A DNA stretch of 64,000 bases, taken from NCBI GenBank assembly GCA_963734535.1, contig CAVTHS010000007.1:192001-256000 (forward strand), in the 5' to 3' direction. The notes beneath the pieces were generated by a model. The model worked only from the letters and a program-made list of their open reading frames with translations. It ran no database searches and was not told where the DNA came from. The translations under genes were made by a program, and so were the position numbers. Of this stretch, positions 1 to 9,073 are shown piece after piece. The DNA is from an uncultured Chloroflexia bacterium (lineage in GTDB: Bacteria; Chloroflexota; Limnocylindria; Limnocylindrales; CSP1-4). How positions within the stretch are numbered: position 1 is the first letter of the stretch; the number at the start of each line of letters is the position of its first letter.

Positions 1-668
1 AGCTCTCACCCCAGCGGTGGGGGATTGGCCGCAGCGTGGGCAACCCTTCCGCCGTGCTGCGCGACCTCCGCGAGGTGATGCAGGGGTCCTACCTGAAGCG
101 GTGGCTGGTCATTGCCGCGATCGGGCAGCTCCCGGTCGGCATGGTGCTCGCGTTCTCGCAGGTGTATGCCCACGAAGTCAAGGGCGCCGATGCCCTGGTC
201 CTTGGTGCCATGGCCGCCAGCAGTGCGGTGGTGTCGATCGTGCTCGCCGTCCCGCTGGGGAGGCTCGCGGACAGGATCGGCCGGAAGCGGGTCCTGTTCA
301 TGACGATCCCGCTGTTCATGGTGTCCAACCTGGTGCTCATCTGGGCCCCGGGTCCTGCCTTCCTGGTCGTGGCGGGAGGGCTCCAGTCGTTCTTCTTCCT
401 CGGTGGTCCGATCTCGGCGGCGATGGAGCGCGAGCTCGTGCCCGCCGCCCACATGGGCCGCTGGATCGGCATCGCCCGCGTTGTCCGGATGCTTCTCAGC
501 GCGGCCCTCGTCCTCGTTGCCGGGTTCATCTGGGACACCGCCGGACCCGCGTTCGTGTTCTTGGCGTTCGTTGCCATCGATCTTGCCGTCAGAGTGCCGC
601 TTCTCGCGACGATGCCGGACACCCTCGGCATGAGCTTCGCGGCCACGCCGGCCCCGGCCGCGGACTGA
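1..668 (+). CDS. MFS transporter, C-terminal half (5' end outside window)
   Basis: Frame open from the window edge; six hydrophobic helices; MFS motif A 'GRLADRIGRK'. Confidence 0.85.
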   Translation, partial: LSPQRWGIGRSVGNPSAVLRDLREVMQGSYLKRWLVIAAIGQLPVGMVLAFSQVYAHEVKGADALVLGAMAASSAVVSIVLAVPLGRLADRIGRKRVLFMTIPLFMVSNLVLIWAPGPAFLVVAGGLQSFFFLGGPISAAMERELVPAAHMGRWIGIARVVRMLLSAALVLVAGFIWDTAGPAFVFLAFVAIDLAVRVPLLATMPDTLGMSFAATPAPAAD

Positions 669-737
669 CGGGTCGTCGCCGGATCGGGCACTCGCGCGAA
701 CTCATGACCTTCGACCCTTGCCATCCCGCGAGGTCGA

Positions 738-756
738 CATATGCTCTTGGCATATG
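738..756. promoter_or_regulatory. Palindromic operator overlapping the PadR start codon
   Basis: CATATGC-TCTTG-GCATATG, a perfect 7-bp inverted repeat that is AT-rich in GC-rich DNA and includes the ATG at 754. Confidence 0.6.
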
Positions 757-1152
757 AGTGCCGAACGTCACCATGACCACCACCACGACGTGCAAGGCTG
801 GGTGCGCCCGGGTGGGCGCCGTGGGCGCTGGCTGGAGCCGTTCCTCCTGCTTCTCGTGGCCGAGGGCGAGGCGCACGGCTATGCGCTCATCGGGCGCCTG
901 AATGAAAGCGGCGTCGCGCCGGAAGGTGTCGATGTCGGGATGGCCTACCGGACGCTGCGCGAGTTGGAGACCGAAGGCCTGGTGCTTTCGGGATGGGTTG
1001 CCGAGGGTGGTGTCCCGCGGCGCGAGTACCGGCTGACCACCAAGGGCCGGACCGCCCTCAGCGAGTGGGCCTCGCTCATGTGCGAGCGCGGGCGCCTGAT
1101 CGACGATTTCCTGGCACGCGAGGCACGCCTGGAGCGAGGCGAAGGAGGCTGA
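754..1152 (+). CDS. PadR-family transcriptional regulator with His-rich N-terminus
   Basis: 'HGYALIGRL...YRTLRELETEGLV...RREYRLTTKG' PadR signature; N-terminal HHDHHHD. Confidence 0.9.
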   Translation: MSAERHHDHHHDVQGWVRPGGRRGRWLEPFLLLLVAEGEAHGYALIGRLNESGVAPEGVDVGMAYRTLRELETEGLVLSGWVAEGGVPRREYRLTTKGRTALSEWASLMCERGRLIDDFLAREARLERGEGG

Positions 1153-1153
1153 C

Positions 1154-1384
1154 ATGGGGTGCTGGCACGGCGGTTTCGTCCATTGCGGGCCCGCGGCGCC
1201 GTGCTGCTACGACCCGGCCGGCGTGGATGACCGGTATCCGGCCGTGACCTGGCCGCGGCGCCGCCGCGCGCGGCCCGAGGACCGCGAAATGCGGGCAGCG
1301 TCGCTCGAAGAGAGATTGGACCAGCTGCACGAGGAGCTCCGGCGCGTCGAGGCTGCCCTCGCCGAACTCGGTACGCAGGACTGA
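1154..1384 (+). CDS. Small Cys/His-rich protein with C-terminal coiled coil (DUF5320-like)
   Basis: GGAGG RBS; MGCWH..HC..CC N-terminus; 'LEERLDQLHEELRRVEAAL' heptads; starts 1 nt after the PadR stop. Confidence 0.65.
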   Translation: MGCWHGGFVHCGPAAPCCYDPAGVDDRYPAVTWPRRRRARPEDREMRAASLEERLDQLHEELRRVEAALAELGTQD

Positions 1385-1421
1385 CAGTGGAACAGGCGGG
1401 AGCCCGACAGGAGCGTTGACG

Positions 1422-1925
1422 ATGCAGGCCTTGCCCAAGGTGTCTCACGAGCACCACGACCGACTGTGGCATTACGTCGACCAGCTCAACACCCTGGCCG
1501 ACTGCATGAACACGGATTGCCTGGACACGGCCAGGCTCAGCGAGCGCCTGCCTGAGCTGCGGGACTTGCAGCTCGGGCTGACGAGCATGCTGATCCCCCA
1601 CATGGAAGCAGTCGAAGCGGCCGTCTACCCCACGCTCGAGCGTCTCTTGGCGGATCGCCACACGACGGCCCCAATGGCGCTCGAGCACGGCGAGATCCGT
1701 CGACTTGTCGGGGCGATCGGCGAGTTCGCCGAGCACCCGCAGGCCCACGCGGACCGGGGCGCCGTCCTGGCGCTGCGCCGTGTCCTGCTGCGGCTCCACG
1801 CTCTCCTCAGCGCGCACCTCTCGGAGGAGGAGCTCTACATCCCGATCCTCGAGGACAGGCTGACGCCACCGGAGGAGGCGGCGCTCGCGAGGGCCCTCGA
1901 CCACGTGGCAGCGGAGCGGTTGTAG
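1422..1925 (+). CDS. Hemerythrin (HHE) domain protein
   Basis: EHH, HxxxxE (HMEAVE), EH and HLSEEE iron-ligand pattern; AGGAG RBS. Confidence 0.85.
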   Translation: MQALPKVSHEHHDRLWHYVDQLNTLADCMNTDCLDTARLSERLPELRDLQLGLTSMLIPHMEAVEAAVYPTLERLLADRHTTAPMALEHGEIRRLVGAIGEFAEHPQAHADRGAVLALRRVLLRLHALLSAHLSEEELYIPILEDRLTPPEEAALARALDHVAAERL

Positions 1926-2080
1926 GCGGGAGTGACAGCATGCGTGCAGCACGTCCAGGCTTCGAGGTCTGAACCTGGGCCGGGCCGACCGAGTGGTCGG
2001 CGATCGAAGCAGTCACCGGTGCGTGGCCGGCCGGTGCGAGGGCCACTTCCGGCCAATCGACATCGAGATGCAGGGAGAAC

Positions 2081-2488
2081 ATGACCAGGATTGCTGCCGT
2101 CTCTGAAGACGGCGTGACGATCAGCCAGCACTTTGGCCGCGCCCCGTTCTACGTCGTGGTCCGCGTGGAGGAAGGCAGGGTCGTCTCACGCGAGACACGG
2201 GACAAGCTGGGTCACGCGCAGTTCGCGGCGGAAGGCCACGAGGCGCCGCCCGACGCGGACCCCCGTGGGCACGGCTTCGATCCCGTTGCCCAGGACCGGC
2301 ATGGGAGGATGGTCGCCGTCATCGCTGATTGCCAGGTCGTGCTGGCCCGGGGAATGGGCGCAGGTGCCTTCGCGAGCATGCAGCACGCGGGCATCGAGCC
2401 GGTCGTGACGGACGTCGAGAACATCGATGCAGCCGTCGAAGCGTACGTTGCGGGCGCGCTCCGCAACCACGTCGAGAAGCTCCACTAG
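2081..2488 (+). CDS. NifB/NifX-family (FeMo-cofactor-binding-like) protein
   Basis: 'ISQHFGRAPFY' and 'CQVVLARGMGAGA' motifs. Confidence 0.9.
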   Translation: MTRIAAVSEDGVTISQHFGRAPFYVVVRVEEGRVVSRETRDKLGHAQFAAEGHEAPPDADPRGHGFDPVAQDRHGRMVAVIADCQVVLARGMGAGAFASMQHAGIEPVVTDVENIDAAVEAYVAGALRNHVEKLH

Positions 2489-2524
2489 ACGCGCCCGTAT
2501 CGGCTCGCCGCAGCCGCCGGCTGC

Positions 2525-3148
2525 TCAGCTCTCCGACCGAACCGCCCGAACGATCGCGTCGATCGGCCGGCGGCCAGCCGCGTCGCCACGCTGGACCGTC
2601 TCGGCCCGGTCGATCCTGAATCCCGTGAGGTCGGCCGCGACCTCGCTCGGCGTGATCAGCAGGTCGGGGTCCTGGGGGCCGCCGACCCCATCCGCGATGT
2701 TGGTCCGGTCGTGCCCGACGACCAGCAGCGTGCCACCGGGTGCCACGGCCGCGGCCGCCCGCGCGTACACCCCGCGTCGTTCCTCGCGCGGGAGGTGGAT
2801 GAAGAACAGCGTCACCAGGTCGTAGGACCGGGCGCCTGGCGTCCATTCGAGGAGGTCGGCCAGCTCCCACTCCACCTGAACCCCGGAAGCTGCGGCGCGT
2901 GCGCGCCCGCGGTCGAGGGCGACCTGCGAAAAGTCGACCGCCGTGACGTCCCACCCGCGGCTGGCCAGCCAGACGGCGTTCCGCCCGTCGCCGGCCCCCA
3001 GGTCAATGGCGCGCCCCGGCGCGAGAGCACCGACCTCACCGAGAAGGGTCGGATCGGGCTCGGACGACTCGATCGGTTCCTGCCCGGCATGGCGCTCGTC
3101 CCAGCGCTCCCGACGGCTCGGACCCGGCGGCTGCTCGGGATCACGCAT
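2525..3148 (-). CDS. Class I SAM-dependent methyltransferase
   Basis: 'DLGAGDGRNAVWLASRGWDVTAVDFS' motif I; start overlaps the upstream sigma factor stop. Confidence 0.9.
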   Translation of the reverse strand: MRDPEQPPGPSRRERWDERHAGQEPIESSEPDPTLLGEVGALAPGRAIDLGAGDGRNAVWLASRGWDVTAVDFSQVALDRGRARAAASGVQVEWELADLLEWTPGARSYDLVTLFFIHLPREERRGVYARAAAAVAPGGTLLVVGHDRTNIADGVGGPQDPDLLITPSEVAADLTGFRIDRAETVQRGDAAGRRPIDAIVRAVRSES

Positions 3149-3959
3149 GGCCGGACACGCTGCGTCGCCGGCCCGTGCGGCCGACCTGCTCGTCCAGCTG
3201 CTCGCGGATCCGAATCGCCATGGCATCCTCGATCACGGTGTCGGGGTCGCGCAGGCCACCCAGCGTTGCCCTGACCCCCACCAGGCTGGCATACAGCGGC
3301 GGACATGTCGGGCAGGCCTCGAGATGCGCCTCGACGGCCGTCCGCGTGGCGAGGTCGAGCTCGCCGTCGAGGTACGCGGAGACGTGCCGCCGGGCGCGCC
3401 AGCAGCGCAGGGGCTGGGCGAGGCTCGCCCGACGTCGCTCGTCATCCTCCGCAAGCGCGCTCACGAGGAGCATCCGTCCCCTCCGGAGGCGCTGCTTCGT
3501 CGCCGGAAGCCCCGTCGACATCGCTCGAGCGATCTCGATGCCTGTCCATCCAAGGACGTCGTGGAGCACGACGGTGACGCGGTAGATGACCGGGAGCCGC
3601 GCCAGCGCGTCCTCGAGCTCGTCCCTGAGCTCGGCGCGATCGAGGACGCGTTCGGGCGCCACGGAGTACCGATCATCCCGCCAGTCTGCCTCGACGGCGT
3701 CGATGTCCAGCTCGTCATGGTGGACCCGGGAGCGGTCGATGATCCGGTTCACAAGGCTGCGGCGGAGCCATGCGCCGAGCGACGCCGGGTCCCGAAGCTG
3801 GTCCCGGCGCCGCCAGGCGCCCACGATGGTCTCCTGGGCGCAGTCCTCGGCCTGGTCCGCGTCCCGGACGAGCCGTGTCGCCAGGTGCACGAGCCGTGGG
3901 AGCTCACCCGCGAGCGCAGTGGCGAACTCGTTCCCGTCCTCCGTGGCGTTGTTCGGCAA
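3141..3959 (-). CDS. ECF sigma factor fused to C-terminal zf-HC2 (ZAS) domain
   Basis: Region 2 'AEDCAQET...AWL', region 4 'ARLPVIYR...TKQRLRRGR', then 'C...YLDGEL...HLEACPTC'; start codon uncertain. Confidence 0.88.
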   Translation of the reverse strand: MPNNATEDGNEFATALAGELPRLVHLATRLVRDADQAEDCAQETIVGAWRRRDQLRDPASLGAWLRRSLVNRIIDRSRVHHDELDIDAVEADWRDDRYSVAPERVLDRAELRDELEDALARLPVIYRVTVVLHDVLGWTGIEIARAMSTGLPATKQRLRRGRMLLVSALAEDDERRRASLAQPLRCWRARRHVSAYLDGELDLATRTAVEAHLEACPTCPPLYASLVGVRATLGGLRDPDTVIEDAMAIRIREQLDEQVGRTGRRRSVSGHA

Positions 3960-3979
3960 CTCGACCCTCGCTGGGTGGT

Positions 3980-4192
3980 TCAGCGCGCCTTCGACTTCGT
4001 GCTGACCCGCAGAAGCGCGTACAGCGGGCAGAAGCCAACGATACCCGTCACGAGCGCGATCGCCGCGACGAGCCACACGGCGTAGAGCAGCGGTGCCGTG
4101 ACGGCTCCGCCGAGAGCGACCGCGGCCAGGGCGATGCCCAGGACGATGCGGATGACGCGATCGATGGGCGCTTCGTTGATCTCGAGCTTCAT
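3980..4192 (-). CDS. DUF2892 / YgaP-like membrane protein
   Basis: 'N...DRVIRIVLG' and 'TGIVGFCPLYALL' motifs; two TM helices. Confidence 0.9.
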   Translation of the reverse strand: MKLEINEAPIDRVIRIVLGIALAAVALGGAVTAPLLYAVWLVAAIALVTGIVGFCPLYALLRVSTKSKAR

Positions 4193-4241
4193 CTCGGTGT
4201 TCCTCTCGGCTTCGACGGGTCCATGACCCGTTCCTGCTCGA

Positions 4242-4270
4242 ATGACGAGACCCGGTCCGGAATGGATACA
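4242..4270 (-). promoter_or_regulatory. Putative ECF-sigma promoter of the DUF2892-sigma-methyltransferase operon
   Basis: Minus strand TGTATCC-N16-CGTCAT about 50 nt upstream of the DUF2892 start. Confidence 0.55.
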
Positions 4271-4356
4271 TCGGCGAAGACAAACGCCGCGAGACCTCCA
4301 CCGGATCTCCACACGGTCTCCGTCGCGATTCCACGCGGTCGGTCCAGCCTGACCTG

Positions 4357-4374
4357 TGTCACGCGGCTGCCACG
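4357..4374 (+). promoter_or_regulatory. Putative OmpR-family tandem binding site
   Basis: TGTCACG-N4-TGCCACG direct repeat with 11-bp period, upstream of an operon containing an OmpR-type regulator. Confidence 0.45.
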
Positions 4375-4416
4375 TCACTCGCGGCAGTCAGGCCAGATCA
4401 GAACGGGAGACATCGC

Positions 4417-4935
4417 ATGTTCAAGCAGATCCTCGGGGCAGCGGGCGCCGGCCTTGCCAGCCTCGTCTTCGCCGCGACCGTCGTGGCAGCCGGCCCGACG
4501 CCCTCGCCATCGACGGCAACGACCCAGACCCGCGACACGGTCCCGGCCGTCCTCGGGCTGACCCAGGCCCAGGTCCAGGCGCTTCGCCACGACGGCCAGT
4601 CGCTCGCCCAGATCGCCGCGAAGCAGAAGGTCGATCCGCAGCGCCTCATCGACGCCCTGGTGGCCCGCTGGACCAGCCGGATCGATGTTCGCATCGCGAA
4701 CGGGGCGCTGACCGCCGACGAGGCGACCAGGCTCAAGGCCGAGGTGCAGACCCAGGCGAAGAGCATGGTCAACCAGGTCACGCTCGGCGGGATGCAGGGT
4801 GCCGCCGTGGGCGCAGGCCCGCGGAACGGGGCAGGTCGTGGCGCTGGGATGGCGAATGGCACGGGCGCTCGCGGCGTGGGAACCGGGACCGGGACCTGCG
4901 ACGGGACCGGCCCGAACGGAGCCGGCCGGCCGTAG
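4417..4935 (+). CDS. Secreted hypothetical protein with Gly-rich tail
   Basis: GGAG RBS; signal peptide; helical 'GQSLAQIAAKQKVD' domain; Gly-rich C-terminus with 'GTCDGTG'. Confidence 0.75.
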   Translation: MFKQILGAAGAGLASLVFAATVVAAGPTPSPSTATTQTRDTVPAVLGLTQAQVQALRHDGQSLAQIAAKQKVDPQRLIDALVARWTSRIDVRIANGALTADEATRLKAEVQTQAKSMVNQVTLGGMQGAAVGAGPRNGAGRGAGMANGTGARGVGTGTGTCDGTGPNGAGRP

Positions 4936-4947
4936 CCACGAGGTTGT

Positions 4948-4985
4948 GCAGGACGGCCGAACCTTCGCAGGTTCGGCCGTCCTGC
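4948..4985 (+). terminator. Perfect 17-bp stem-loop between the secreted-protein and response-regulator genes
   Basis: GCAGGACGGCCGAACCT-TCGC-AGGTTCGGCCGTCCTGC; no U-tract, so it may act as an mRNA stabiliser. Confidence 0.65.
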
Positions 4986-4997
4986 CATGCTGAGACC

Positions 4998-5681
4998 ATG
5001 CCACGCATCCTGGTCGTCGACGACGAGCCTCACATCGTGGACGTGATCCGGGCCTACCTGGTCCGCGAGGGCCACGTGGTCGATGTCGCCCGCGACGGCG
5101 ATGCCGCCCTGGCCAGCGCACGAGCGAACAAGCCGGACCTGCTGATCCTCGACGTCATGCTTCCCCGGCGTTCGGGCTTCGAGGTGCTCCGCGAGCTCCG
5201 GGCGACCGGCTCCGCTGCGGCCGTGATCATGCTCACCGCCCGCGACGACGTCATCGATCGAGTGGCCGGGCTCGAGCTCGGGGCCGACGACTACGTGACG
5301 AAGCCATTCGAGCCGCGCGAGCTCGTCGCGCGCGTTGGCGCGGTGCTGCGGCGCGTCGGGCGGCCGAACCCCGGCACGACGGCCGAGGCGTTCTTCGACC
5401 TTCGCGTCGATTCCGGTGCACGGGAGGTGACGCGTGATGGATCGGGGCTCGATCTCACGCGGACCGAGTTCGACCTGCTCGAGGCGCTCGTGGCCGACCG
5501 CGGCGTGGTGATGACGCGGGAGCATCTCGGTTCGGCAGTGTTCGGAGAAGCCTTCGACGCCTCCGACCGGGCGGTCGACAGCCACGTGAAGAACCTGCGC
5601 CGCAAGCTGGGACCCCGGCCGGACGGTGGCCAGTACGTGGAGACGCTCCGCGGGGTCGGATACCGGGCCGGCCGGCCGTGA
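4998..5681 (+). CDS. OmpR/PhoB-family response regulator
   Basis: 'ILVVDDE', 'LDVMLP', 'GADDYVTKPF', 'VETLRGVGY'. Confidence 0.95.
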   Translation: MPRILVVDDEPHIVDVIRAYLVREGHVVDVARDGDAALASARANKPDLLILDVMLPRRSGFEVLRELRATGSAAAVIMLTARDDVIDRVAGLELGADDYVTKPFEPRELVARVGAVLRRVGRPNPGTTAEAFFDLRVDSGAREVTRDGSGLDLTRTEFDLLEALVADRGVVMTREHLGSAVFGEAFDASDRAVDSHVKNLRRKLGPRPDGGQYVETLRGVGYRAGRP

Positions 5682-6782
5682 GCCTGCGCCTGCGGCTCAC
5701 TGCGGCCTTCGCCCTCGTCGCGTTGCTCACTGCCGGTGCCGTGGCGCTCGCCACGCCCTCGATCGTGGGGCGCGGCTTCGCCCTCGTGGAGGGGCCGGAC
5801 GCGACCGGGGGTCCACAGGGTGGCGGGCGCGGTGCCGGCCCCATGGCCGGCGCGCACGCCCAGCAGGTCCAGCAGGACACGGTGATCGCGCTGATCGGCG
5901 TGGCGCTCGTCGCCGCGGCAGGCGCGTCGCTGCTGGGCTTCGCCCTCGCGCGGAGCATCGCTCGACCCCTCGGGACGCTCGAAGGAGCCGCTGCGGCGAT
6001 CGCCCGTGGCGATCTCGCCCGACGATCGGGACTCGCCGAACGGACCGATGAGGTCGGCTCGCTCGGCCGATCCTTCGATACCCTCGCCGCGAGTCTCGAG
6101 GGTGCCGACGAGGCTCGCCGGCGGTTCCTCCAGGACGTCGTCCACGAGCTCAAGACGCCGCTGGCGGTGATCGACGCGACCACCAGCGCAGTGCTCGATG
6201 GGGTCTACGATCACGACGACCGCCACCTCGAGACGATTCGCGGCCAGGCCCGGCAGCTCTCGAGGATCGTCGACGACCTGCGCACGATCGGCCTCGCGGA
6301 ATCGGGCGGCCTGACGCTCCGAATGGCGCCGACGCCGCTCGCCCCGATCCTTTCCGGCGATCGCGTCCGCGTTCGGCGCGGCCGCCGCCGCGGTGGGTGG
6401 TTCGATCGCGGTGAGCGTCCCGGGTGACCTCACGGTCCGGGCGGACGCGGACCGCCTGCGCCAGGCGATCGCGGCCCTGGTCGACAACGCGATCCGGCAC
6501 GCTCCCGCGTCGCCGATCGCGGTCGAGGCGACGCCGCGCGCGGGCGGCACCCGGATCGAGGTCCGGGACGGGGGACCGGGGATCCCGGCTGCTGACCTCC
6601 CGCACGTCTTCGAGCGCTTCTACCAGGCCGACGAATCGCGCGACAGGACCGCCGGGACGAGTGGCCTCGGGCTGGCAATCGTCAAGGCCATCGCCGATGC
6701 CCACGGAGCTTCGGTGGGGGCCGCCAATGTCACGACCGGTGGGGCCCGTTTCTGGATCGACCTTCCCGGTTCGCCGGGCTGA
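5678..6782 (+). CDS. HAMP sensor histidine kinase (split by +1 frameshift near 6354)
   Basis: TM-TM-HAMP and 'VHELKTPL' in 5678-6427; N/G boxes 'LVDNAIRH', 'DGGPGI', 'GLGLAIVK' in the next frame (6393-6782). Confidence 0.88.
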
Positions 6783-6808
6783 GGGGCGCCGCGGCCGGCC
6801 TCGTGCGG

Positions 6809-7195
6809 CTAGTGGACCAGGAAGATGCTGCCGAGGAGAATCACGAGTACCCCGAGCGTGATCGCGACGTAGAGGCCGTCGGCCTCGAGCCAGAAGCCGA
6901 CGACGCTCGTCGCGACGCGCAGGACCGGCGTGGCGAGCAGGACGACCAGCCCGGCCTGGGCGAACGCGACGGGGCGCAGCGCCAGCAGCCCGGAGACCAG
7001 GTACGAGAAGTCGGTCGGGGCCGCGGCCGTGGGCGGTGCCCCGAGGAGCGAGCCGTTCCAGCCAACCAGGAGTGACATGGCAAAGCCCACGGTCGTGAGC
7101 GTGGCGGCCGTGACCACGCCGGTGCGCAGGACCGCGCTCACGACGGCGCGAAACTGGTCGGGAGTCAGGCGCTCTCGCCGGGCGTCCCCGCTCAC
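6809..7195 (-). CDS. DUF1634 membrane protein
   Basis: 'GLVVLLATPVLRVA' motif; usual partner of TauE; GTG overlaps the TauE stop. Confidence 0.85.
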   Translation of the reverse strand: MSGDARRERLTPDQFRAVVSAVLRTGVVTAATLTTVGFAMSLLVGWNGSLLGAPPTAAAPTDFSYLVSGLLALRPVAFAQAGLVVLLATPVLRVATSVVGFWLEADGLYVAITLGVLVILLGSIFLVH

Positions 7196-8034
7196 GCGCC
7201 CACCCCGAACCCGCGCAGCAGCGTCTGGATCCCGATCACCACGAGCACGGGGAGGAAGATCCACCGGACATGCCGGTTCGCCAGTCGCGGCAGGAGCCGC
7301 GCACCGAGCATCGCGCCGGCCAGCACCCCGAGCGCGACCGGGGCGACCAGGGTCGGATCCACGTCGCCGCGCCCCAGGTAGATCCCGGCCGACGCGGCCG
7401 CCGTGACGCCGATCATGAAGTTGCTGGTCGCCGAGGAGACCTTCATCGGCAGGCGCATCGCGCCGTCCATCGCGACGACCTTCAGGGCGCCCGAGCCGAT
7501 GCCGAGGAGCCCGGACACGAGGCCGGCGCCCCACATGAGGGCGAATCCCAGGGGCACGCGCCGCGCGGCGTAGGAGACCTCGCGGCCGAGCCGGGCGTCC
7601 GGGTAGCTCGACGCGAGGCGGAGACGGGCGGCCAGCCCGCTCGGCTCGACCTCCGGCGGCATCTCCTCGCCGAGGCGCAGAACCTGCATGAGGGCAGAGC
7701 CAAGCAGGACGAGGCCCAGGAGGATGTAGAGGAAGGCTGGAGCGACGATTGCCGCGAGGAGCGCACCGACCACCGCCCCGGTCGTGGTCGCCAGCTCCAG
7801 GAACATCCCGATCCGCATGTCGGTCATGCGATCGCGCACGTAGGCGGCGGCCGCCCCGGAGCTCGTGGCGATGACGCTGACGATGCTCGCCCCGATCGCG
7901 AGGCGAATGTCGATTCCGAAGAGCAGCGTGAGTGTGGGCACGATCAGGATCCCGCCGCCGACACCGGCGAGCGCTCCGACCAGGCCGGCCAGGATGCTGA
8001 TCGCGAAGATGGCGCCGTCGGCTCCCAGGGTCAC
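7192..8034 (-). CDS. TauE/SafE-family sulfite exporter
   Basis: 'GVGGGILIVP', 'SGLLGIGSG', 'SATSNFMIGVTAAAS'. Confidence 0.9.
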   Translation of the reverse strand: MTLGADGAIFAISILAGLVGALAGVGGGILIVPTLTLLFGIDIRLAIGASIVSVIATSSGAAAAYVRDRMTDMRIGMFLELATTTGAVVGALLAAIVAPAFLYILLGLVLLGSALMQVLRLGEEMPPEVEPSGLAARLRLASSYPDARLGREVSYAARRVPLGFALMWGAGLVSGLLGIGSGALKVVAMDGAMRLPMKVSSATSNFMIGVTAAASAGIYLGRGDVDPTLVAPVALGVLAGAMLGARLLPRLANRHVRWIFLPVLVVIGIQTLLRGFGVGA

Positions 8035-8885
8035 GTGCCCGCCCCCTCGGGCGCGGGCGGGTCGAGCCCGACGGGCGGTCGACCTCGGTGGCGGAGGACC
8101 AGGACACCCAGCGCACCCGCCACCACCACCGCCGAGATGAGCATGGCCGTCGGGATCCCAAAGAAGGTCCAGTTGTCGGCCTTGAGCGTCTCGACGGCGA
8201 AGCGGACGGAGCCGTACCAGATGAAGAAGACGAGGAGCAGGTCGCCGGTCCGGAGCCGGCCGGCGAAGCGCCGGGCGATCCAGATCAGGACGATCGCCCC
8301 GATGAGCCCGGACAGCGACTCGTAGAGGAACATCGGGTGGAAGTGCTGCCCGAGGGTTGCCAACGGGTCCGAGCCCGGCGGGCACTCGTAGCCCTGGGTC
8401 CGGTACTGGCACTGGATGGCGATTCCCCACGGCAGGTTCGTCGGCGAGCCGTAGAGCTCCTGGTTGAAGAAGTTCCCCCAGCGCGCGATGGCCTGCATCA
8501 CGAAGAGCCCGGGTGCGACCGCGTCCGCCCAGGCCAGGAACGGCTGGCGCTTCCAGCGCGCGTAGCCGTAGGCGACCGCAACGCCGGCGATGATCCCGCC
8601 GTAGACCCCGAGCCCCGAGTACGGTGGCAGGACGATCCGGAGAAGGTCGTCCCTGTAGAGCTGCCACTGGTCGATGACGTGGTAGAGCCGGCCACCGATG
8701 AGGGCCGCGATCGCGACGACGATCATCCCGTTCGGGAGCAGCCCGACGTCCAGCCCTCGCCAACGGGCCTCGCGGCTGATCACGAGGTAGACGGCCGCGA
8801 GCCCGACCGCGTAGGCGATCCCGTACCAGTGAACGGCCAGCGGCCCGATCGAGAAGGCGATCGGGGACGGCGTGATGTCGATCAC
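8031..8885 (-). CDS. lgt: Prolipoprotein diacylglyceryl transferase
   Basis: 'HWYGIAY', 'GGRLYHV', 'RWGNFFNQELYG', 'HPMFLYES'. Confidence 0.95.
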   Translation of the reverse strand: MIDITPSPIAFSIGPLAVHWYGIAYAVGLAAVYLVISREARWRGLDVGLLPNGMIVVAIAALIGGRLYHVIDQWQLYRDDLLRIVLPPYSGLGVYGGIIAGVAVAYGYARWKRQPFLAWADAVAPGLFVMQAIARWGNFFNQELYGSPTNLPWGIAIQCQYRTQGYECPPGSDPLATLGQHFHPMFLYESLSGLIGAIVLIWIARRFAGRLRTGDLLLVFFIWYGSVRFAVETLKADNWTFFGIPTAMLISAVVVAGALGVLVLRHRGRPPVGLDPPAPEGAGT

Positions 8886-9073
8886 GGGTGGAATGGCAGG
8901 CGGAGCCGGCGTGCCTCGGTGGCTGCGGTCAGGGAAGGGCTCCGGGCGGGAAGGTCATGGGCCCTGTCGGTCCTCGTCGGTGGCCACGATCATAACCGAC
9001 GAGGGCGTTGGAGAACCCTGACCGGGCCAACGGTCCGGACGGCCCGCCTTCTCGTGACTAGTGGCCCGGCATG

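Noticed and set aside
2081-2488. Nitrogen fixation implied by NifB/NifX-like genes (also 52422-52763)
   Set aside because: No nifHDK in the window; stand-alone members of this family are common in non-diazotrophs.
6340-6400. Programmed ribosomal frameshifting at the split genes
   Set aside because: No shared slippery motif; five unrelated genes all show +1, which is better explained by sequencing insertions.
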